Both the position numbers and the translations under genes were made by a program. The notes under the pieces are model-generated. The model was not told the origin of the DNA, made no database searches, and saw only the letters and a program-made list of their open reading frames with translations. A DNA stretch of 64,000 nt from Antedon mediterranea (lineage: Eukaryota; Animalia; Echinodermata): positions 2,046,001 through 2,110,000 of the forward strand of contig NC_092680.1 of assembly GCF_964355755.1 (NCBI RefSeq), read 5' to 3'. Positions 53,545 through 64,000 of the stretch are shown in pieces (position 1 is the stretch's first letter; each line of letters starts with the position of its first letter).

Positions 53545-54074
53545 GGGCGGATTGCTATAAAACAGTCTTAACTAATGGTCTTAACTCCCCGATTAAAGCC
53601 GGCTTTATCTGATAGACGGTCTTACTAAAGCCACCCCTGTTAGACCATTGCTATAAAACAGTCTTAGATAAGACCGCGTAAAGTAACAAATTGAGGGCGT
53701 ACTTTGCGCGTAGAATACCAAATAAGGTAATGTTCGTCACGCTTGTTCAATTCACAATCATAACAGTACGTACATTTCTACGCAAGAAAATCTATTCTAG
53801 GGCTATATAAGAATAAAATCACCGTTATTATTTGATTTAACACTTAAAACTCGTTCTATTGGTTGTCTTTGACGATAAATAATACGTAAAAGCAACAAAA
53901 AGAGAGGTTTAAGACTGTTTTAAGACTCCTTCGAGTAGGCTTTAATTTTAAAGACCGTTTACAGGTTAGACCGTGGTATAGCAATGGTCTATAATGTAAG
54001 ACTACTTGCTACGTCACGAATTATAGCCGGCTAAGCGCTAAGACCGGCTATAGACCGCTTATAGCAATCCGCCC
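53545..54074. mobile_element. ~530-bp MITE (Harbinger-like) upstream of FATP copy 4
   Basis: TIR GGGCGGATTGCTATAA / TTATAGCAATCCGCCC with internal GTCTTA/TAAGAC repeats. Confidence 0.8.
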
Positions 54075-54300
54075 CAGAGACGGGTGGCGTGTGACGTGTA
54101 CGTGTGTAGTGCAGAGATTAGACACGCCCACAAAGTTTAAAGGTCAAACATATGTCTGCTTCGTAAAGTAAAGAGTTTGTTGGGTGTGTTTTCAGTACTC
54201 TGTTGGCCTAGAAACTTTATTATATTACATACGATATTGTAATTTGTTTCAAGTACATTCATTCCTACTTCTCACAGACAATTTATTATTCACTTTACGT

Positions 54301-57300
54301 ATGGCAAACTTCAAAAGAACTGGTTTGTATGCAGGCCTCGGTGGAGCTGCAGCCGCTGGGTTCTACCTTCACCGAAAGTATCGCGATGCGATGGCCAACG
54401 ACATGAAGTTAATACGCTTCGGCTACCGTGCCTACAAATTTCGATCAGGCATGGAGAGCGAAAGAAAGACAGTCGTCGATATTTTCTTGCACCATGTTGC
54501 AAATGATCCTAATAAACACATGATTTTATTTGAAGACTCTGTATATACGTATGCAGAGGCAGAGAAGGAATCGAATAAAATTGGCAATTATTTACGCAGT
54601 ACAAAGGTGCTTCAACAAAAGGATACTGTAGCTCTAATAATGCCTAATGAACCGGCTTTTATCTTTAGTTTCTTTGGTTTGGCAAAGATTGGTATCAATT
54701 GTGCCTTGATTAATTATAATCTTCGCGGAAGGGCTCTGTTACATTGCATTAAAATTAGTGGAGCAAAATCAATCCTTTGCAGTGGTGGTAAGTATTGTAT
54801 AATTAATATTAATATAAAAGATATGAACTGAACTTCTACATAATTGATCTATATTTGTATACATCACTTGTTAATTGTTACCGTCTGGGTAATAAAATAA
54901 TATTTATACAAATAAAGGCATTTTCAAACAAATAATACATCTAAATATTATAATATTAAATCTAAATACCTAGTATTTAGAATGCATATTAAATTAACAA
55001 AAAGAATTGTGGTACTGTGGAAGACCGCATTTTGTTGTGAACGAGCCTCCGTTTTAAAATAAAGATATTATTATTATTATTATTGACTGGATGTACACTA
55101 CAGCACTTTCTGTAGTTTTTAGCTTTTATAGGAACATCTAAGTACTGTACCACTATATTATGTAAATATAAAAATCTTAATCATATTATATTATCTTGTT
55201 GTCAGCTGGCGAACTTGTTGAAGCGTTAGTAGAAATTTTACCAGAGCTTCAACAGATCGGAATTGTTGTGTGGGTGCTGAGAAGTGGAGAAGAAATGCCA
55301 GCAGGGATAACTGGAATAGCAGATCACATCCAAAGAGCATCTGATGCCCCCATACCATACGAGTGTCGAAACACAATTACACATGAAGATAATGCTATCT
55401 ACATCTACACATCTGGAACTACAGGTTCGATTGTAATTGCACTCATTTTAATATGTCTAATTTACATCTTAAGCTTTGTCTACACTATCAAACTTTATGT
55501 GAGTGACAAACAAATCTGATGTGCCCATATATATATGTGTGGACACAATGATGTCAGATCACTACCATATTTGGGCATATCACTACCATATTTGGGCACA
55601 TCAAATCTTATATTGTCTTCTATTTATGAAAAAAAAAGATTTTAAATGATAATCTATTCCATTTTATTTTTGATTTGTTAAGGTCTGCCAAAAGCCTGTA
55701 AAGTGAGTCATGGAAGACAACTGTCAACTGCCTTTGTTCTTGATGTTTATGGTATGAGCTCGGATGATATCGTGTATGCCCCTTTGCCACTCTACCACAG
55801 TTCAGGATTTGTCCTCGGATTCTTGAATATAATGAGAGTTGGTTAGTACAGTGCTCACTATTTTATATGTTTTCAACCTCAATTAGCTTTATATAAAGTA
55901 AATATAGTTTAGATATAAAATATAAGCATAAACACCTTCATAATAATGTCACTTATTACTATTAGGAAAAAGTACACATATCTTCATGTCATTGTTCTTT
56001 CTGTTCATTAAACAATTATAATCTTTCGGGTGTCTTTACGTTCAATGGTCCAGATCTTAGATTATTGCTTAATTCGATCCTATCTTGATGTAACCCTGCT
56101 TACTGAATAGTCTTTTCCCTAACTCATGTGTATTTAAAGATATAAAGAGTATAGTGATGGGATATGCAGTCGGCTAGTGACTTATATGTTTTAGGAGTAT
56201 AGTCCAGATAAGAATTACATTGCATATTCGTTTTACTCCACAGGCGGTACGCTTGCCCTCAGTCGTAAGTTTTCAAACTCGCATTTTTGGGACGATGTAA
56301 GACGATATCGCTGTACTGTTATTCAATATATTGGAGAGACATGCCGCTATTTGTTAGCCCAACCACGAGTAAGTCAGGTTTTTTGGGATTTTTTTTAGAG
56401 TAGTGAATAACTTTATTAAAACTGCACAATGGCCTATTTAAAGTCTGATTTTATTAATCTTCATTTTTCATGTTTTTGGTTGACAACATCTTTAACTTAT
56501 TTATTTTTTTGGTTATAATCACAGAGGCACGATGATGGAAAGTATGCCCATAAACTGCGTCTAGCGATAGGCAACGGCCTGAGACCAGATATTTGGGAAG
56601 AGTTCCAAAGCCGATTCAACATCAAACAAATTGGAGAAATATGGGGTGCAACTGAGGGCAATACGATGTTTTTTAATATTGATGGTAAAGTTGGTGCTGT
56701 AGGAAGATACACACCATTACTTAAGGTAAATTACATAATTAATTAAATATAATAGTAATAATAAGGTGACACCCTTAGGAGCCCGACAAAGTGTAAAGCT
56801 CTGTCTACACTATCAAACTTGATGTGACAAATGCTTGTGATGTGCCCATATATGGACATGATGATGTAATAATAGTAAAATATTTAAGCATATCACTACC
56901 ATATTTGAGGAAATCACTACCATATTTGGGCACATCACACTTGTTTTGTCAAAGTAGTTTTATAGTGTAGACAGAGCGTTACCCTAATAGTTGTTGGTCA
57001 TAGTGTTAAAGAATATTATATACTCTTTTTCATTTTTACAGGAAAGCGTCCTCTTAATGGTATCAATATATTCTACTTCTACTATATATAGTAAAGTTAA
57101 CAATACAAGTATTGAGAAATAAATAGTTACAGAAATTAATAACTTATTTATTATTTGTAGTTTCTTAGTAGAGGAATTCACATACTCAAATATGACGTAG
57201 ATGGGGCTGAACCAATCAGAGACAAGAACGGAAGATGTATCCCTGTACTTCCAGGTATTATATGCAGTGTAGTATTATGACCATTGTTAAATCCCTGCTG

Positions 57301-58797
57301 TGTGTTTGTGTTTATGCCATTTAGATCACAATATATGTTAAACAAAGCCTTGTCACCATATCATATCAGGGGCCTCTGTGTTATGCTACTACTGAATAGT
57401 AATCTTCTCTTAAAGGTGAGATGGGTCTGATGGTGATTAAAATCAATCCACCACTAAATGCATATGAGGGTTATGTTGGTAAGGCAGCAACCCTGAAGAA
57501 GATACTGCACAGTGTATTTAAAGAGGGGGATATGTACTTCAACTCTGGTGACTTGATTAAAATAGACAAAGAAGGTTATGTGTACTTCATGGACAGGTTA
57601 GGAGATACATTCAGGTACGATTAACTCGCATTTGTTTATTTTGAATTGAAATATTGTTTTTATACTTGGAGACCTCTTCAATCAAAGACTGGTCTCCCAG
57701 AGGGCCCAACTATGATCAGTTGCTGTGTGTATCCTAGTAAACCGGGGTTACCCCCTACTAATACACCGGGGTAACCCCCTACTAATACACCGGGGTAACC
57801 CCCTACTAATACACCGGGGTAACCCCCTACTCATCTTGAAAGATGTACTAGGTTCTTTAAAGTGCACATAAGCTAAATGTGTACACTGGACCTACGGTTT
57901 ATAGTCCTTATCCGAGAAGACTTGTTCTACCATCAGAACCATGAAGCAAGTGAGCCTCATAAAATTTATTAGAAATTCTACAAGAATTGACTGCCTTTTA
58001 CACACACAACTGTTTTTTCATGACTCACAATATAAATTTTCTTCATCCAAAATTATATAACCATATGTTTTAATCATGTTTCATTTAGATGGAAAGGAGA
58101 GAATGTTGCTACGACAGAAGTAGCAGAAACCCTTAATGATTTTCCAGGCATTTTGGAGGCAAATGTGTATGGAGTGAAAGTACCAGGTAATGTGTTTAAT
58201 TTGATTTTATATTGGATGATATTTTATTCATCAAGATTATAAATCTCTTTTTTTTTTAATGTCTCAACCGTGAATATCAGTTAAGCCGCTGATCTGGATT
58301 GGAAGGGTTGCCCTCTTTAAAGATGGTTTAGGACAGTGCACAGTACAAGGCTTACCAAACATCAATATTTTGTCGGTAAACAACTTAACATCCCTCCCAA
58401 TGGACGAGGCAATTGAAATAAATTTTGACTCTCAAAGCCTGACTGTAAGAAATGTTATGTTATTTTCGTTTTTTTTTATATTACAGGACGTGATGGACGA
58501 GCTGGAATGGCTGCCCTCACCCTACAAGACAATGTCGATGAGTTAGACTTCAAAAAGCTATACGCATTCGTTACCACCAAACTACCATCCTATGCCTGTC
58601 CAAAGTTTCTACGAATTATGACCACCATGCATATTACTGGCACATTTAAACATCAAAAGGGTAGCCTGGTCAAGGATGGATTTGACCCCAGCTTAGTGCT
58701 TGACCCTTTGTACATGATTGACCCATCGTCAAAGACCTATGTCGCACTCAATTCAAGAAACTACACTTCCCAATTACAGCTATCAAGTAAACTGTAA
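54301..58797 (+). CDS. SLC27/FATP-family acyl-CoA synthetase, copy 4 (divergent paralogue)
   Basis: ATG at 54301 (MANFKRTG..). [52 protein letters not shown]. Ends LSSKL*. Confidence 0.93.
57660..57950 (-). mobile_element. SINE body (Deu/Nin-like) with internal ~24-bp tandem amplification
   Basis: Reverse complement reads CTTCTCGGATAAGGACTATAAACCGTAGGTCC..GTGCACTTTAAAGAACC. CCGGGGTAACCCCCTACTAATACA is repeated about 4 times. Confidence 0.72.
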
Positions 58798-61700
58798 ACT
58801 ATTGAATTGTTAAAGGTAAATATTTTTTCCGAGAAAAAAAGACAAAAATACAGATTTTTTTCAAATTTTAAACTGAAATAAAATGTGTATTTTTCTTAAA
58901 TTTAGCAAAGAATTTTAGAAGAAAGAATATAATAAATAAATGAATTAAATTTATATCAAATTGATTTTTAATTTTGATCTTTTTTAGAGCATTGTCTGTT
59001 GGCTTCAAAATGTAAATATTTTAATAGGCTCAATCAATTGCTATTGTATATTGTGTGTTGTATATTATGTAGACACTAGATTTGTTGTATAAATTCTTCA
59101 ACCCTCACCCTTATATTAGAGTATCAGGAAATTCAAAACTTGGAATCATTGAGATATTCATCTGACATGAGACAACCTAAAGCTCTGTCTACACTATCAA
59201 ACTGTATGTGACAAACAAATGTGATGTGCCCATATATGGACATGATGATGTTATATCACTACCATATTTGGGCATATCACTTCCATATTTGGGCACATCA
59301 CACTTTTTTTTTAATAAGGATAACTCTGAGGCTTCATACTTAATTAAGTAAAGTAAGATCTTCTTTTAAACATATTGTATTCATACAGGGAATGTGTCTT
59401 TTGTGACAATTAAATACATTTTAAAACGACAATTTCATAGGAATCAGAAACCTATGTTATGTCCTACCTCATAATTAATTATAATAATAAAAAATAATAA
59501 TGATAAATTACTTTGTATCCGGCACACCACTTTTCATGAGAGTCAAAGAAGTGCAAAAGTAAAGTAAAGAACCATTTTTTAGGACACCCTTATTTAGGGT
59601 ACCCCTATAAAACGGAACGGCCGACGGCACCGTCTTGAATGTTATAAACAATAGAAAATTATATAAAGAATTGAACGCGCCGTTTTCGGACAAGTGTAAA
59701 TGTACAGTATCTTTATTAATGACTAACGAGGACAATTTTGCAGATGAGAACCAAAGGTCGTTTCTGGCGCTACGACGAATAAATAAATAATAAATAAAGA
59801 ATAAAGAAAGGGCAGTGACATTGGCTCAAGGTGTCCCCTTAATAGAGGTTCTAATGTATTCTTATTGTGCCATTTTAACAGTACTATAGTAAATAGTTAT
59901 TTTATAAATATTCATTTCATTTAACCACAATTAAATACTAGGTGATGGTCCTAGGTTGTCTTTATGGTTGAAGAAATAATCGTTGTTTTTGTCTCCATGT
60001 GACGTAGTCTCTTGTCTCAACAAAAATCGAAACGTCATATCATTTTCTAAATTTAGCACTAGCTTGATTTTTGCATGGATGAAATATATTTCCTCCGTGA
60101 TTTGTGTTATTTTAATTTTATATAATAACGTTCTACGCAACAATCTAATTTTTAATATTCAATTATTATTCAGTGTTGTTTGCTTGTATTATATTATATG
60201 ACTTCGTTTGGCTCGACGAGAGAACGAATGAAATGAGCAGATTTATAGCAGAAAGTGTGAAATAATTGCATTATGCAATTTTGAGATATATTAATTAAAA
60301 ATTGCATTTTTTTGTATAAACATTGACACAACATTGTTCAAATAATCCAGAATAAATGTACAATCGTTAAATATAGAGTATTGTCGATTTTATAACAGTT
60401 GTCATAGGCGGAAAATATATATTTGTAGCCGCCTACTATTGTTCATACACGATTTAACCGATAACAAAATGTGTTACATTCCTCCTTCAGTCGGCAATGG
60501 AGTAAAAATTACAGATGCGCATCTATGAAAATGAGGTATGTAGGTATAAAAACGAAATATATAATAAATAATAACACTAATATTAATATATATAGGCCTA
60601 TATAATGAATTATGTGAGTGTTAAAACCATTTAACAAATTTCATGTTCGCCTTGTTGTGGTCATGACAATAACGTTTATCTTATAATTTGGAAAAGTGTC
60701 CCTTTCTTCTATTAATAGGGGGTGTCACCTGAGTAGGGATTGGTATAAAATGACGCATTGTGGGTAAAATAACAAAATAGATTGAACAACAGAAAGTCAT
60801 CCTCTGTGATCAATTTGTGCGATAGTAACATGTGACATTATTTCATTTATTTAGTTGAATACCTAAATAAGCCTACACAACAATATATTCAACAAAATAG
60901 GTTAGGCCTGTATTATGGGATTTTTTTAAATCTCCCACGGTTAAATAGGTGTTAAAAAGTTTAAATTAAAGACCAGTTGAACAATTTGTCGTTCTCAACC
61001 ATGGTTTAATGAGCTGTTTAGATGGAGTCTTGTTTTTTAGTATTCCATGGAAACACACTACTACACCTATTTGTGGTTTTGTTACTTTAGTAATAATATA
61101 AACAAGGCAATAGCATTGGTATAAATTATACATACAATTAATAAACATTAATAGTGTTGATGATTAATCGCATTACATTTTCCATCGGGACCGGAACGCG
61201 CGCCATCGTAAAGTAAACGCGCGCGCGCGTATTCGAGCGCCGTACCATCAAATGGTTTGCGTGTAATTAATGTTGTTACTGATACGCTTTGTGATATTTT
61301 GTAACTGTGATGATCCCTACAAAATGATTTTAAATGGTTAATATATGATAAAGAAATATGTGAGAATGAGAAATGTAGAAGACCAATCTAGATTCGAACA
61401 CAGATTCTTCTGATTTTTTTTTATATGCATTCTACAATTAGACCACTGTATTTGATTATGCCATCCTGTAAGTGGCAATGTTTGCTGTTAGTATGGTATT
61501 TTGTTCTCAAGTAATGTAAAATAATGTATAACGTGGTTGGAAGGAAACAAAATTGCCTCAAATGAAATAGATAGATTACCAGGGCCTATATCAATTCAAT
61601 TTAATTTTACCACAACAAAAAATTTGTTATGAATGTACTGATTTGTATTGTTGTTATACGGAAGTCAAATCTGCCTAGCTCTACATGGCACTGATACTTC

Positions 61701-63684
61701 TGTTACAAGTCAGGTATGTCTCCATATTTACTGGATATCACAAGGTAAACAATAGCAATTCTTTCAAGCTATTCAACACGTAACCTTAAGACTATTGAAG
61801 AGTACTCGAGCGAATAAGCTTTAAAAATACGTCATCGCTCTCACTCAATAGAAGTTTCGCCCGGCCTCTCTTTCTTCATGCTAAAGTTGGCTTAACTGGA
61901 TTGGAGATGTATCTTTAACGTATAGTGACAATATTATATGATGTCGAGTAGGCCTACTAAATTAAATCATCAGTCATAATTGTGAAAACTTAACCGTATG
62001 TGTTTGTGACTTTTCGAAAACGTAAACGTACAAGGAAAACAAAATGACCGGCTAATGTACAATATTTAACTTGTTGGTAAGTACAAATAAAATCTGGCTA
62101 TTCACACGTATTGTTAATCAATGGGTATTGTAGTGAAATATTAAGTAACATGAAGTATACTGTATAGTGATAAGTTATAATGTCGACTATCTGTAGCAAC
62201 TTTCGATACATCTGTCTTATTCTGTATAATTTTAACCAATTTTTAAACAATTATGTTTATATTAATTAAAATATGTTTTTTCAAGATAGGCCCATATATC
62301 TAATGAAAGTTAAGACCAAAATATAGCCAGTTTAAACATTTATCTACCATATTATTCCTTTTTTATTTCCTTAACTTTAATCTTGATTAGTAAAAATGAT
62401 CTTTGTTATTCTATACAGTGTATTGAGATATAAAAACTGACAGTAAAAACTGTACTATTGGCCGTATTGTTTGTATAGAGATTGTATATTGATATTAATA
62501 TATAAATCCAAAGGCAAATTACTGAAAAAATTACAATGCTGTGGGTATCAGTGGCTGGATCTCAATGGAGATACAAAAAAAAAGCGAAAAGCTAAATCAA
62601 AACGATAAGTAAAACAGCCAGAAAAGTTAGCAGAGCTAATATATATATCATATTTTGTTATTTACACAGTTACGTATAGCATATGTTTTACACTTGATGT
62701 GTAAACTGAAATTGTAAGGAATTATTATGAATTCGGTGTAATAAAAAGAAACCTGTTGTGAATTAGGCCAAACAATACATAGTAATCAGTTTGATGACTA
62801 ATGTTAAAGACATAGGTTTATGTTTGTTTTGTAACTATTGGTGTGATCCTCCTTTGACTGTTTTGTGTAGCCTATAACAAAGGCTTAAAAGTAATGGCTA
62901 AATACATGGCACAAATACAAGATAAGACACTTACTTATGTCATGATATTTAAAAAAAAAAATCTTTTTTACAAACACTCAATCTACGAGTTAGATAAATT
63001 CTAGCATTATTAATAAGAAGCTCTAGTAGTAGGCGTCACTTGTTATAAATAGAAAAACACCAACTGTACACAAGCACTACTTAGTCATAATAGGTCGTGT
63101 GTCTCTAAATTGTATAAAATTCAGTGTAGGCCTAAGATAGAGTCGAAATCACAGAATGTTGACAAAGACTAATTTAATAAGGGTAACTCTAAATAAAGAT
63201 AAAGAACATTATAAGGCCTACACTTTTTATTTGAAATTATAGTGAATCTTTTGGTATAAGAACTAACATTGTTTCGATGCTAAAAGTTCGGATTTCAGAA
63301 GTACAGTACATCATTATGTAGGCCTACGATTGTTTAGTGATTGATAACTAAACTATAAACAGGCATTGTATCAAAATCTCCTTGATCCATAATACTTATA
63401 CTTAAAATCCGATGTTTTTGTATAATAAGCTGACACCAACTAATTTATGCGTACTTCACTTTTATTTAAATCGTATTTAGTGTGATTTCCTTGGTTTAAC
63501 TTATTGTATCCATTAAAGTGTTACCATAGCGACAATTGGTTTAAATTGGAATGCAACATCATTTTACCATATCCTACAGTAGTGTTGTCCAATCATTCTA
63601 GTATATATTTTATTTCTAATGAACTAGATAGGCCTATTAGCTAGCGTGTGTTAAACATTCAGATTTTGCTGATCCAAACTCTTA

Positions 63685-63831
63685 AGCTCTGTCTACACTA
63701 TCAAACTTTATGTGACAAAAAAATGTGATGTGCCCATATATGGACATGATGATGTCATATCACTGCTATATTTGCGTACATCACACTTTTTTTTGTCAAA
63801 CTAGTTACTAGTTTGATAGTGTAGACAGAGC
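63685..63831. mobile_element. MITE family A copy
   Basis: AGCTCTGTCTACACTATCAAAC ... GTTTGATAGTGTAGACAGAGC. Confidence 0.85.
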
Positions 63832-64000
63832 ATACGGTACTCTTGTTGAATAAGATCATTGTACACAGGGTTTGATAAACATCAACAATACGCCAACAAA
63901 GGCGGAATTCAGGGTATAGGAAGGTTACATGTACTTGATTTTTTACAAACAATTCCTTGTTTAAAACAAAATTAAACTATTGTTCAAAACTAATAATGGA

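Noticed and set aside
36347-58797. Luciferase-like cluster by analogy with firefly peroxisomal acyl-CoA synthetases
   Set aside because: The motifs ([19 protein letters not shown]) place these in SLC27/FATP, not the luciferase/4CL-like clade. Nothing in the sequence supports bioluminescence.
58800-64000. Short ORFs and a CG-rich patch (~61190-61260) in the terminal region
   Set aside because: No recognisable domain or consistent exon chain. Treated as intergenic or repeat-derived, although a first exon or noncoding element cannot be excluded.

Overview
AT-rich, intron-containing genomic DNA from an animal. An invertebrate deuterostome such as an echinoderm is likely, but that is inference. 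The ORF track only catches exon fragments, so gene models were rebuilt by hand from GT-AG boundaries and phase compatibility. Gene order: (1) the 3' part of a probably secreted mosaic protein (thyroglobulin type-1 x5, antistasin x3, Ca-EGF x4, WAP, NTR-like); (2) four consecutive head-to-head pairs: LSM6/CKS1, SPATA5L1(AFG2B)/MRPL54, PEX11/ADAL, and a PTPN9-like phosphatase/first FATP copy; (3) a tandem array of four SLC27/FATP-family acyl-CoA synthetases, all ending in -SKL; (4) a tail of about 5 kb with no recognisable gene. Introns and spacers are full of non-autonomous elements (Harbinger-like, Tc1/mariner-like, Kolobok-like and hAT-like elements, tRNA-derived SINEs) and minisatellites. 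Top leads: a catalytically intact PTPN9/MEG2-type phosphatase whose Sec14 domain appears replaced by an N-terminal signal-anchor exon; a peroxisomal FATP array that is homogenised except at substrate-pocket exons and keeps a DR1-like nuclear-receptor element in all four promoters; a frameshifted antistasin exon; and a Kolobok-like element retaining two convergent spliced-transcript skeletons.
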